A stretch of 63,672 bases of DNA, the filler included, from Octopus bimaculoides (lineage: Eukaryota), in the NCBI RefSeq assembly GCF_001194135.2. It is 6 parts of 6 records of this genome, joined end to end, with 100 filler letters (N's around TTAATTAATTAA, not from the genome) between each part and the next. Parts side by side here need not be neighbours in the genome. Positions count along the whole stretch, not along the records: positions 46,117 to 57,711 come from NC_068996.1; positions 57,812 to 62,405 come from NC_069001.1; positions 62,506 to 63,672 come from NW_026307318.1; 3 more parts are not named here. One strand, 5' to 3'. Made by a program: the position numbers and the translations under genes. How positions within the stretch are numbered: the stretch's first letter is position 1; each line of letters starts with the position of its first letter. This document shows positions 50,639-63,419 of the stretch, piece after piece. The notes beneath the pieces are model-generated. The model made no database searches, was not told the DNA's origin, and worked only from the letters and a program-made list of their open reading frames with translations.

Positions 50639-50739
50639 TGTAAGTATATATTTAGTATATTGGACTAATGTCGTTTAGTGTGTTGAAGTGTTGAATAGAG
50701 CACTGGTATAAATTGGGATACCTGGTGTTATTCGCAGTT

Positions 50740-50900
50740 GGGTTATAACTTAGTGGTTCGGCAAAAGAGAAGGATAGAATTAGAACCAGGCTTAAAAACT
50801 AAGTACTGCGATCGAGTCATTCGACTAAAAATTCAAGGCGGTGCCCCAGTATGGTCGCAGACTAATGACTGAAACAAGTAAAATATAAAAGGTAAAAGAT
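50740..50900 (+). mobile_element. SINE-A-type 3' tail fragment
   Basis: CTTAGTGGTTCGGCAAAAGAG...GGCGGTGCCCCAGTATGG..GACTGAAACAAGTAAAA. Confidence 0.75.
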
Positions 50901-50909
50901 AACTTGTAG

Positions 50910-51219
50910 ATAGGTGCAGAAGTGCCTGTGTGGTAAGACGCTTGCTCCCCAACTACATGGTCCCGGGTTCAGTCCCACTGCGTGGCACCTTCAGTAAGTG
51001 TCTTCTACTATAGCTTCGGGCCAACCAAAGCCTTGTGAGCGGATTTGGATGACGGAAAATGAAAGAAGCCCTCGTATATATTTGTCTCCGTATTCTTTCT
51101 GTTGAAGAGCGTAGCTCGAAACGTCAAAGACTTTCCGTATTCCCGAGCGTCATACTAATACATCCTTTTGTTATTTACACCACCTGTCCTCGTCTGTTGT
51201 TGTTTTTTCGTACATTCTC

Positions 51220-51316
<97 letters not shown>

Positions 51317-51530
51317 TATGTTTGTGTCTGTGTTTATCACCCCACCTCGCTTGACAACCGATGTTGGTGTGTTTACATCCTCGTAGCATAGGGATTCGGC
51401 AAAAGAAAATCGATAGAATAAGTACTAGGCTTACAAAGCATAAGTCCTGGGGTCGATGTGCACGACTAAAGTCGGTGCTCCTGCATGGCCGCAGTCAAAT
51501 GACTGAAACAAATTGAAGAATAAAAGAATG
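50910..51530 (+). mobile_element. SINE-A with a Penelope terminal repeat inserted in its (TA)n
   Basis: Both SINE halves are present around 51081-51222. Confidence 0.85.
51081..51222 (+). mobile_element. Solo Penelope-type terminal repeat with hammerhead-like motif
   Basis: Homologous to the reverse complement of 18010-18155, which follows a GIY-YIG fragment. Confidence 0.75.
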
Positions 51531-52899
51531 CGTGTGAGCTTATATGCATCTCTTTCACTCCTTTCCTTCCCTCTCGTTCATTCTCTTCGCCGTTCTTCAC
51601 TCTTTCCTACTTTGTATCGGTGTTCGCAGCACCAACGTAAACGAAGAATTTAAATCGAACCCGATAAGTTTAGTCATTTCACCGAAATATATTTCAGACA
51701 AACAACACATACATGCGCGCGCGCGCACACACACATATGCACACGCACTCCTTCCCCCCCCTCTCTATATCTGTCTATCTACCTATCTGTCTATCTACCT
51801 ATCTGTCTATCCATCTGTACTTTTCTCTTACTTTCTCTTTCACTTTGTCGCATTCGCTCTCTCTGACTCTCTGACTCTCTCTAACGCTTTAAGACACACG
51901 TACATCTTATACATACATACATACATAATGCATGCATACATACATAGATATATACATATATACATAATACATGCATGCATACATATATACAAACATACAT
52001 ACATACATGCATGCATACATACATACATACATACATACATACATACGTACATGAATGCATACATACATACATACATACATACATACGTACATGAATGCAT
52101 ACATACATACATACATACATACATACATACATACATACATACATACATACACATTCTGACATTCTCACTCGTTCTGCCAAACTCTTTCTCTGATGCTTGC
52201 ATACATATATTGTTTCTCAACATAAATTGCAGTAAGGCCAATTTGCATAAATATTCTTGCAGTGATGTATCAATCAATAGGAAACATATAAAGCTGGCTT
52301 CTCTGCTGGAGACAAATAGTGAATGTTACAGAAGTAGCTATGAACAGATTTTAATCTAGCGTGAAAACGAAGTTTAAAGGGAAGGTCTTTCCCTTATGAC
52401 AATGTACGTGCCACACACGCCTGTACAGAAAGAAAAGAAAATAGAGAAGGCGAGAGAGAGAGAGGGAGAGAGGGAGAGAGAGAAAGAGAGAGAACCACAT
52501 ATGCATACGCGCAAGTACTTACACATGCACACACAACACACATGCGCACACACCTTATATATATATANNNNNNNNNNNNNNNNNNNNNNNNNNNNNNNNN
52601 NNNNNNNNNNNNNNNNNNNNNNNNNNNNNNNNNNNNNNNNNNNNNNNNNNNNNNNNNNNNNNNNNNNNNNNNNNNNNNNNNNNNNNNNNNNNNNNNNNNN
52701 NNNNNNNNNNNNNNNNNNNNNNNNNNNNNNNNNNNNNNNNNNNNNNNNNNNNNNNNNNNNNNNNNNNNNNNNNNNNNNNNNNNNNNNNNNNNNNNNNNNN
52801 NNNNNNNNNNNNNNNNNNNNNNNNNNNNNNNNNNNNNNNNNNNNNNNNNNNNNNNNNNNNNNNNNNNNNNNNNNNNNNNNNNNNNNNNNNNNNNNNNNN

Positions 52900-52937
<38 letters not shown>

Positions 52938-53184
52938 CATCGAAAAAAATCGCATGGATGAAATATAAGCAACAATACATATACGTAAATACACACAGAT
53001 ACAGACACACACACACACACGCGCACTTGGTAAAGATTGATTAAAATGAAAACTCGGACTCAATTGCTTATGAAAATCAATTGAACATCAATTACATGCT
53101 ACAAACTATCTAGTCCGATGCTCTACTACCTCAAAATTATAGAGATGATAGTTGGGATTATACATATATTACAAAAGGCCGAGA

Positions 53185-53385
53185 TCTGACTGAATCGTTA
53201 ACTCACCGGTCAAAGTCATTAGCGGCATTTTGTCCGTCATTACGTTCTGAGTTCAAATTCCACCAAAGTCGACTTTGCGTTTCATCCTTTCGAGGTCGAT
53301 GAAATATTTACCAGTTGAACACTGGAGTCGATGTAATCGATTGTATCACGCCTCCCCTCAAATTTCAGGCCTTGTACCTACTTCC
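53185..53385 (+). mobile_element. SINE-B
   Basis: TTCTGAGTTCAAATTCC..GACTTTGCGTTTCATCC..CTGGAGTCGATGTAATCGA. Confidence 0.8.
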
Positions 53386-53459
53386 AAACCGAACCCAAAC
53401 CACGAACATTTACACAGCCTACTAAAATGTAGCCATTTAAGTTAGAGAAAAGAAAAATG

Positions 53460-54790
53460 AAGTTATTTGCCTCGGTCTTCGGGGATGAATGTTGAAATAA
53501 TCTTCTTTTTAGTCGAGGGGTGGAGTAAGGTGTGGAAAGGTTTTCTAGAAAGTATTTTGGTGAGGAACTTACTAAACTCTCCCATGACCTGAGGGAAATT
53601 TTGTTTCAAATTCAGATATGTATTCGTATCTGTCTGGATGAAAATCCTGTGTGAAGGAATTTTCGGAATAAGTTCAACAGAACCTTTCCCACTTGTTACA
53701 ATTTTTTTGTTACTAATTACTTTCTCAATCAATCCAATGTTACACTTTTGAATAACAGCAAAGTTGATGAAGGAAGTACGTACCCGAGTGTGTTAATGTT
53801 GGTTATTTTGTTTTTCAAGTGTTTCTTTTTGTTTTCGCGTTTAAAAAAAAAATTTTTTTAGATTGTGAAAGTGTTTGTGAAATTGAGTTTTCATGTTGTG
53901 ATGAAAGTGTTGATGCTGGTGTTAACGTTTTACTAATTGGGTTTGTGACAGATTTTGTTTTATACCGTCAGGTCTTAGGACCTTCAATTTGTGCCGGTTT
54001 CTGTTTACTTCAGTCTCAATCCTTTGTCTTACGACATTTTGGTACGATTTCAACAATGCCTTTGCTTTTGCGAGGCCTGAGTCGGAGGAAAGAGGCAGAT
54101 GCACCTTAGTTGTGGTGTTCACACCTTGAAGAATTGGTAGTAACAGTTGGGAACTTCGTGCTTTCTTTACCACGAGACAAAAGGTTTTCAGGTGATTCAT
54201 ATTCCCATAGTCGAAACATTTCGTTTTTTTCCCCTCCTATAAAAACCGGCATCTCTTCGCATTCTCCGAAACAGGGAAAATCGGTAACGCGATTTATTTC
54301 TCAGGAGAAACTAGCATCTGGAATTCCTCGGTGGACTTCACCTCTACAATATCCCCATTCTCATTCAGAATGGGCAAAATTCTTACCGGATCATGGTGAA
54401 CCGGCGCGTTCTTAACTTGAATTCGAGTCAACCTTTTACACATGCAATGAGGAATCAAAAAAAGTTTGGGACGTGCAAGTTATATATGCCGTTCTTTGGC
54501 TCCTTCCTCACTGGTGTATATAGCAGTTACCATACCATACTGCTTACCTTTGAATATGTATAGCACTGAGGGCAACACATCTTCCAGACATTTTCGGTCT
54601 CTGTTGTAGTAGGAAATTTGTTTCCTTTCTTTACGAGAAACACATTTATAGACAATATTTTTGTTTCCCTCCTCACTTAGGCACATAATACCAGGTTTCA
54701 AAATGTCATTTTTATACTGGAGGGTTTTATTTTTCAATTCTTGCCCCGAATGTACTGTCCACTGGCTAATTGCCCTCGAAAAATATACAG
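53460..54790 (-). pseudogene. Second LINE ORF1-like relic
   Basis: LIPHCMCKRLTRIQVKNAP parallels the 46-kb PTYLGRRATKIKISNVP. After VFIGG a frameshift gives the knuckle KCFDYGNMNHLKTFC. Confidence 0.6.
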
Positions 54791-55457
54791 GGTTGTATTC
54801 GTTCTTTATGTTATTGTTGCTGTTATTGTGGTAGTTTTCCTCACAGTTTTTGTTATTACTACAGTTATCATTCATAACCGGATTCTTTACGCTGTTGTTG
54901 TTTCTGATCTTGTTGTTGTTGTTGTTGCTGATTCTATTTATGTCGCTTCTGCTGTTTGTGTTGCTGCTGATGTTGCAGCTGTTGCTGCTGCTGCTGCTGC
55001 AATACAGACTGTCATTACGGTTGATGTTATTGTTTTTGTCATTGTCGTTGCTGCTACTGGCATTTTTGCATTGTTTCTGCCGTCATAGCAACAAGACTGA
55101 ATGGTATTTCTTTGTATCGATAAATTAATTTCAAGTCGTCGCTACTTTCGGGAATTAAAACTGGGTCAACAGAACGCTGCTCAGACCACTGTTCCTCGTC
55201 GATCATTCTGTCGTGTTCCAAAAAGTGGATGTAATTGCACAGAAATGTTTACCACCGTGATCCATACAATGTTAGCAAAATAGTTACAACAGAATATTAA
55301 ACTGAACGTGCTTTAAACTGCCGAAACGATTGATGAAACACTTACGGAACTCCAGGTTTGTGCATGTTCCTAGTATGGCAGCAATGATAATAATAATAAT
55401 GATAATAATAATATTATTATTATTATTATTAATGCTGATGATGATGATGATGAAAGT

Positions 55458-55502
<45 letters not shown>

Positions 55503-56044
55503 NNNNNNNNNNNNNNNNNNNNNNNNNNNNNNNNNNNNNNNNNNNNNNNNNNNNNNNNNNNNNNNNNNNNNNNNNNNNNNNNNNNNNNNNNNNNNNNNNN
55601 NNNNNNNNNNNNNNNNNNNNNNNNNNNNNNNNNNNNNNNNNNNNNNNNNNNNNNNNNNNNNNNNNNNNNNNNNNNNNNNNNNNNNNNNNNNNNNNNNNNN
55701 NNNNNNNNNNNNNNNNNNNNNNNNNNNNNNNNNNNNNNNNNNNNNNNNNNNNNNNNNNNNNNNNNNNNNNNNNNNNNNNNNNNNNNNNNNNNNNNNNNNN
55801 NNNNNNNNNNNNNNNNNNNNNNNNNNNNNNNNNNNNNNNNNNNNNNNNNNNNNNNNNNNNNNNNNNNNNNNNNNNNNNNNNNNNNNNNNNNNNNNNNNNN
55901 NNNNNNNNNNNNNNNNNNNNNNNNNNNNNNNNNNNNNNNNNNNNNNNNNNNNNNNNNNNNNNNNNNNNNNNNNNNNNNNNNNNNNNNNNNNNNNNNNNNN
56001 NNNNNNNNNNNNNNNNNNNNNNNNNNNNNNNNNNNNNNNNNNNA

Positions 56045-56245
56045 GTGATTGCTTTTCTACTCAGGGCACGAGGCCTGAATTTTTTTTGGGAAGGGGGGGG
56101 CAGTCGATTAGATCGAACCCAGTGCGAAACTGGTACTTAATTTATCGACTCCGAAAGGATGAAAAGCAAAGTCGACCTCGGCGGAATTTGAACTCAGACG
56201 AAATACTGCAAAGCATTTTGCCCGGCGTGCTGACGTTTCTGATTG
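56045..56245 (-). mobile_element. SINE-B
   Basis: GGCACGAGGCCTGAATTT...GGATGAAAAGCAAAGTCGACCTCGGCGGAATTTGAACTC. Confidence 0.8.
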
Positions 56246-56444
56246 CAAATAAATGTCTAGCCGTACTCCTTCTTGGTGATTCCAACTTTTTCAATTATCT
56301 ATTTACACACTGCAGATACCCAAACGCAAATCTAGAAGTACGTATTATGCAACAACTGGATAACACAGGTGGTCGAGCTTTATACTGTATTCTACTACAT
56401 TCTAAACAGAATATATCTAAATATACATAACTAAATATACATAC

Positions 56445-56475
<31 letters not shown>

Positions 56476-56814
56476 TGTATGTATGCATGCATGTATGTAT
56501 GTATGTATGTATGTTTTTATTTTTGTAAGTGTGTGTGCGCGCAGTTGTGTATGCACACAAATGACATTTCCTGCAAAAACTGTTTATGAACACCTAACTA
56601 ACTCATGACAAGTTTTGCTTATGTTTCAAAAATGATAATAAGGTAAGGAGGGTTAAATGTGGGCAAATATAAATAAAAAGAGTGAGCTGAGGGTGGCAGG
56701 AAAAGTATCAATGATAGATTGTCAGAAGTGCTTGTCATACGGCTGACGTTTAATGTGCAACAAGCAACGGGTAAAATGAAATAAGTAGTTTTACCGTGAG
56801 AAAATATCATTTAG

Positions 56815-56945
56815 ATCACTATTCCGTTTTATTTCGAGATATCTGGCCAACTGATAAAGTGCCGGTTTCTAATCTAGATCCAAGGCTTATTTATTCGAAT
56901 TTCAACACGAAGAACAAGGTATTTGTGCATGTAGGTGTATATTGG
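56815..56945 (-). mobile_element. Repeat-F fragment
   Basis: CCGGTTTCTAATCTAGATCCAAGG is the reverse complement of the 61.4-kb copy. Confidence 0.6.
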
Positions 56946-57711
56946 CAGTATTTGGAGTCAGTGCATATGCAGATTAATATATTTTCTTTTACGTATATAT
57001 TCCCATATTGGATCGTAGTCTTCGAATTAGCCCCCTCCATTTCTGGTTTTGAGAATCCTAATTTCTCAAAATTGATATTCTGAGAATCCTAATTTCTCAG
57101 GATAGGTACTTACGTAATGTATTACATATCCCCGTGCCACAATAATTACAGGTATAAATCTGAACTTCTAATCTGAATAGAGTAACTGCAGATTTCTCAA
57201 TTGTTCAGCGTAAATATTTTATTTTTCACTGATCTTCAGCTTTATGCTAACATCCACTGGGCAGCTAATTTCCACATCTGTACACAGTTTCTCTTTTCTA
57301 TCCCAAATCTTTATATCAGTTCTGTTATGTTAACATTTCATTGAGGTTTTCGTTGGGACATTCCACCAGTTCTCCTTTTTATTATGAGTGGCTATCGCCT
57401 CTACCATACTGTGGGTTCTAATTATATCATTTCGTATTCTATTATTTTGCCTCTGGGTTATCCTTCTAACAGACTACATTGTACAGTGTCGCGGCCAGGA
57501 TATATGTGTGTATGTACGTACGTATTCATATAGGTATGTACGTATGCATGTATGTATGTATGTATGTATGTATTATGTATGTATGTGTACATATATGTAA
57601 GCATAAAAATATATGTATATATAAGTTACACGGAATTAAACAGGCTAACACTGGTTGTCAAACTATAGTGGAGGACTAACAAAAAAATATATATATATAT
57701 ATATATATATA

Positions 57712-57811
57712 NNNNNNNNNNNNNNNNNNNNNNNNNNNNNNNNNNNNNNNNNNNNTTAATTAATTAANNNNNNNNNNNNNNNNNNNNNNNNNNNNNNNNN
57801 NNNNNNNNNNN
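57712..57811. other. Artificial scaffold linker
   Basis: N44-TTAATTAATTAA-N44. Confidence 0.95.
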
Positions 57812-57861
<50 letters not shown>

Positions 57862-57997
57862 TATGCATACATGCATTATGAAATTTATTGGCAGTAATTA
57901 GGTAGTACGATTTCATTGCTTTATAAATGCTTGTCCTTTTAACATAATAGTATTTCATTTTATTGCTCAACTTTACATTTTCCATTATTGATGTTCC

Positions 57998-58152
57998 AGC
58001 TATATTCATGTTGCAGGTCTTGCTAGCATTCTTCCCATATCCATGGCATATGCATGCTTACGCACATACACAATAGGATATATGATACAATGAGATCAAA
58101 CCAATGTATAACATGGTATCTTAAAGATAGTGTATTCGCTCTAGTATGTGTG
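57998..58152. repeat. 155-bp local direct duplication, copy 1
   Basis: 13 mismatches vs 60363-60517 by manual alignment. Confidence 0.9.
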
Positions 58153-59699
58153 TATGTGTCTGTATATACACACATATATTTATACAGATATACTCATGGT
58201 TACTTCACTGGGAACTACAGTTCCTTGTAGTGCTTACAAAGTATGAAAGCGAGAGAGAGGGAGAGAGAGAGAGAGACTATGAGGTGACAGAGAGGGTGAA
58301 TATTCACCTTCAGGGGGAGAGAACCACGCCAGAGTTTATCTTTTATCCTTTTTTTTTTTCATTATCTTAAGAAGTCTTTTTTCCTATTCATGAAATAACA
58401 TATGGTGTTTCCATATATATATATATATATATANNNNNNNNNNNNNNNNNNNNNNNNNNNNNNNNNNNNNNNNNNNNNNNNNNNNNNNNNNNNNNNNNNN
58501 NNNNNNNNNNNNNNNNNNNNNNNNNNNNNNNNNNNNNNNNNNNNNNNNNNNNNNNNNNNNNNNNNNNNNNNNNNNNNNNNNNNNNNNNNNNNNNNNNNNN
58601 NNNNNNNNNNNNNNNNNNNNNNNNNNNNNNNNNNNNNNNNNNNNNNNNNNNNNNNNNNNNNNNNNNNNNNNNNNNNNNNNNNNNNNNNNNNNNNNNNNNN
58701 NNNNNNNNNNNNNNNNNNNNNNNNNNNNNNNNNNNNNNNNNNNNNNNNNNNNNNNNNNNNNNNNNNNNNNNNNNNNNNNNNNNNNNNNNNNNNNNNNNNN
58801 NNNNNNNNNNNNNNNNNNNNNNNNNNNNNNNNNNNNNNNNNNNNNNNNNNNNNNNNNNNNNNNNNNNNNNNNNNNNNNNNNNNNNNNNNNNNNNNNNNNN
58901 NNNNNNNNNNNNNNNNNNNNNNNNNNNNNNNNNNNNNNNNNNNNNNNNNNNNNNNNNNNNNNNNNNNNNNNNNNNNNNNNNNNNNNNNNNNNNNNNNNNN
59001 NNNNNNNNNNNNNNNNNNNNNNNNNNNNNNNNNNNNNNNNNNNNNNNNNNNNNNNNNNNNNNNNNNNNNNNNNNNNNNNNNNNNNNNNNNNNNNNNNNNN
59101 NNNNNNNNNNNNNNNNNNNNNNNNNNNNNNNNNNNNNNNNNNNNNNNNNNNNNNNNNNNNNNNNNNNNNNNNNNNNNNNNNNNNNNNNNNNNNNNNNNNN
59201 NNNNNNNNNNNNNNNNNNNNNNNNNNNNNNNNNNNNNNNNNNNNNNNNNNNNNNNNNNNNNNNNNNNNNNNNNNNNNNNNNNNNNNNNNNNNNNNNNNNN
59301 NNNNNNNNNNNNNNNNNNNNNNNNNNNNNNNNNNNNNNNNNNNNNNNNNNNNNNNNNNNNNNNNNNNNNNNNNNNNNNNNNATATACATATACATATATA
59401 TATATATAGAGAGAGAGAGACATACATATATATACGTACGTATACTTATACATACATATATATATAAATATATATACATGTATATATGTGTATGTGTGCG
59501 TGTATATATGTATACACACACACACACACAATCACACATACACACACGCATACATATAGGTTAGATCAAATATGTTTGTGACATATTTCATGTCAATAAT
59601 TTCGCTGCACTTCATGATCGAGAAAAAATTCTCCGTTATGGTAAAAAGATATAACGACACCATTATCAGATCAAAGCGCCCTCTGTCGACCGCTAGATG

Positions 59700-59990
59700 T
59701 GCATATCTGGCTTTTTAGTCGTCTTTAGTAGCGGACACCAAAGAGAAGTAACCCAGAGCTGACAGAAATTCTTAACATCATAATAAATCAGTAAATTCTC
59801 CACGAGCAGCAGCTGATATCGAAGAGGACCGGCGACAGCGTCTCGATTCTGCAAGAGAAAGACGTCATAGGGCAGCATTCGCAATCAATCTAATCAACAG
59901 ACTGTCGGTGTGACATTTTGGGACGCCCGTGTGCTTCCAGCTCTGAACTGCGGAGTCACCTACGCTCTCATCGCTGAGAACACAGTCTTT
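59700..59990 (+). mobile_element. Old RTE-type LINE C-terminus with C2H2-like tail (different family)
   Basis: EEDRRQRLDSARERRHRAA, then after a frameshift CRCDILGRPCASSSELRSHLRSH. Confidence 0.55.
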
Positions 59991-60362
59991 GTCGTCACCA
60001 GAAATCGATCTTCTACCTACCAAATACTAGTTTTAGTGATTTGTCGCACACGTAGACCGCCCGGTCTGATCAAGTACATAAGTAGCTGCGCGAAGCAATG
60101 ATGGAAAATAAAGAAAAATTAGGGTAATTCAAGAACATACCATTTTCAAATTCTCACTTAGGCTTTAGACGTTTCAAATTCTCACTTAGATATTTACTTA
60201 TAAATCCAAGTAAACCAGTTATTGTTATGAATGTGAATTTATAATCTATGTACAATTACTAAAGCGGTTGTATGCATGTATGTATGTACGTACGTATGTA
60301 TGTATGTATGTATGTATGTATGCATGTTTGCATGCATGCATGTATGTATGTATTTATTTTCG

Positions 60363-60517
60363 AGCTGCATTCATGTTGCAGATCTTGCTAGCATTCTTCC
60401 CATTTCCATGCCATATGTATACTTACGCACATACACAATAGAATATATGATACAATGAGATCAAACCAATGTATAACATGCTATCTTAAAGATGGCGTGT
60501 TCACTCTAGTATGTGTG
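60363..60517. repeat. 155-bp local direct duplication, copy 2
   Basis: Offset 2365 bp from copy 1. Confidence 0.9.
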
Positions 60518-61386
60518 TGTGTGTGCATATACATATGCACAGATGTGGAAATGACGAGCACCTCTTGCAGCAGGTTTTCAGAAAGCTTATCCATGCTGAC
60601 AAACGCCTTCATTCCATCACGAACTTGCCTTCGAGTGTTTAACCTTAATCTGCAGCCTTAATGTGCAATGTATAACAGAGATGTTAAAAAATCAAGCAAT
60701 GCCTGGGCTTGAACCTTTTTACACCGAGGAAAGGTCTTACGTAGGACCAGCTCCAATGTCTGAACCACATATGCTTTCGTCTAAAAAGAAAAATAAATCT
60801 GCAGCGTCGGATGCAAACGAAGTCGTTAGTGTTACTTCAGAGAATTCTGTCACCGAAAGAGATATCTAACCAATGATTAATGGACTCTTATTCACAGCTT
60901 TTGGATAGTCTTTGACTCTACTGCGTTCATCCAGATTTTACTTTACCCCCTGGAAGTGGAGGGGTAACATCATCCAGATTTTGTTTTACTACCTGGAAGA
61001 TGCTTTATGAAAATTAACCTCCCTACAAAGAAGGCTCGGTAGGGATTCATGCATATATAGAGGGAATAGTCAGCAATCCCACGATATCATGATTCGCTAG
61101 AATATTGGCCACGTGATCGACGAAGTCTGAATAGTTACGACTTGGAGTCGAATAGGCTGCAGCAATGATTTTTTTTTTTTTTTGTGGCACGCTTCCTTCA
61201 GAGCCTGTCGAGCAATATATATATCAGTATGTCGTGAACACTAAGGCAGGGAACTTTGGGATGCAGCAGAGAGCGCATCAATAGACACTGTAAGAGTTGA
61301 CCAACAGAAACGGCGGACAACATCTGACAACATATCCATGCATGCATGTATACATGCGTACGTACACACATACATACATACATACA

Positions 61387-61409
<23 letters not shown>

Positions 61410-61418
<9 letters not shown>

Positions 61419-61526
61419 AAAATTCCCTGTTATTGATGTGGAAATTCCAGTGAAGAAACCTTGGATCTAGGTTAGAAACCGGTTCTTTATCTATTGGCAA
61501 GAAATCTTGAAATAAACTGAATAACG

Positions 61527-61530
<4 letters not shown>
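61410..61530 (+). mobile_element. Repeat-F between microsatellites
   Basis: GGATCTAGGTTAGAAACCGG..CTATTGGCAAGAAATCTTGAAATAAACTGAATAA. Confidence 0.65.
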
Positions 61531-61567
<37 letters not shown>

Positions 61568-61972
61568 CATATATATATGCATGTGCATACGTGTCGCGTA
61601 TATGCAGATTTGTATATATATTTGTGTATACACAAAGCAGTTATCGATTAGACGCTGAAGATGTTCTCTCCCTGCGTGTACATCTCAAGTCTGCATAACA
61701 CGTGTGCATACACACATTCTAAACACGCTTACGTATTTATAAGAATGCATGTATATGTGTACCTGTGGACATACATATGCGCGCATACACACACACACAC
61801 ACATATATATATAAATGCTTCTATGCACACACATACACACACACAAATACACGCACACATACACACATAGACACACGCATATACACATTATATATGAAAT
61901 GTGTGCTAGAGATATAGACAAGTAGAAAAACAGACAGATAGACAGATAGACAGACAGACATAGACAGACAGC

Positions 61973-62004
<32 letters not shown>

Positions 62005-62192
62005 AAGATAGATAGATATGTGTGTGTGTGTGTCAATGTGTGTGTGTGTGTCAATGTGTGTGTGTGTCAATGTGTGTGTGTGTCAATGTGTGTGTGTGTC
62101 AATGTGTTGGAGTGACACATTGGCTTACAGTTTCGTGCCATCACACTTGTCAATGAGCACACACACACACACACACACACACTCACATACGC

Positions 62193-62233
<41 letters not shown>

Positions 62234-62276
62234 AACCCCTTGTCTCTCGTTCACATTCATCATTTCCATGCACATA

Positions 62277-62317
<41 letters not shown>

Positions 62318-62405
62318 ACAACAAAATTAGTCATGGACAATCTGCGGCCCGTGAGACTTTCTAATCGTCTCGCTCACCGAAAAGTTGGCATAGATTTCTT
62401 TTTAA

Positions 62406-62505
62406 NNNNNNNNNNNNNNNNNNNNNNNNNNNNNNNNNNNNNNNNNNNNTTAATTAATTAANNNNNNNNNNNNNNNNNNNNNNNNNNNNNNNNNNNNNNN
62501 NNNNN
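62406..62505. other. Artificial scaffold linker
   Basis: N44-TTAATTAATTAA-N44. Confidence 0.95.
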
Positions 62506-62542
<37 letters not shown>

Positions 62543-63419
62543 CTGTGTGAATGGTCATGTGTGTGTGTGGTCGTGTGGTCGTGTGTGCGTGCGTGTGTGT
62601 GGTTGTGAGTGTGTGTGGTCGTGAGTGTGTGTGGTCGTGAGTGTGTGTGTGTGGTGTGTGTATGGTCGCGTGTATGTGTGTGTGCGCGCACATGTGTGTG
62701 TGCTTGTATATAACACACACATGTATGTGTGGTCGTGTGTGTGTGTGTATGCGTGTGAGTGTCTGTGTGTGTGTTTGTGTGTGTGTATGTGTGTGTGCCT
62801 GTGTGTCTGTGTGTATGTATGCGCGCTCATATGTGTGTGTGTGTATGTGTGTGTGCCTGTGTGTCTGTGTGTATGTATGCGCGCTCATATGTGTGTGTGT
62901 TTGTATGTGTGTGATTTTTAAGATGTCTGCCACAGTAAATGCTCGTCCAAAAAGTCCAGTTTCATTAGATTTCCTGACGAACGTCTGGCTTTGAGCAAAC
63001 AGTCCAGCCTTGATAATATAATTTACATGTAAACGGAGCCGCTTTTGATCGGAAGTCGAGAAAAAGAAGAGAGAAAAGGATTTAGTTTTGAACAAAAATT
63101 GATCGCCATACCATACGGTGCGTCGCACACACAGGGGAGTCGCATTTCGCAATTGTTTCAATGAGAATTTCCCAGGTCTGAGGATGGATCATGGATCCGC
63201 AGCTATGTCAAGGCCTGCTTTGCAAATTATATAACTGTAAATTTATAAAGCATAAAATTACAAAATTATAAAGCTATATTAATAATAAAGTTATTAAGAT
63301 TAAATAAAATTGCTTGTAATTATGGATATAATGTAAAACCTTCATGTAAATACTAAGCGCTAACATGCGATCTTAAAGATTGCGCTTAGGCAGCGGTATG
63401 GATTATGTACCATTCGTCT

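Noticed and set aside
59780-59880. Helitron N-terminal-like EEDRRQRL repeat
   Set aside because: The following C..RPC.S...LRSHLRSH fits an RTE-type ORF2 C-terminus better, and no Rep or helicase motifs are present.
60663-60869. 68-aa ORF (MLKNQAMPGLEPFY...) and a 40-nt minus-strand micro-exon at 60742-60781
   Set aside because: No recognisable domain, and the two readings are on opposite strands; cannot be supported without transcripts.
62920-63200. Minus-strand peptide ending AFTVADIL, resembling the GPCR TM2 LAxAD motif
   Set aside because: The preceding residues are not hydrophobic, there is no splice donor, and the frame runs into microsatellite.
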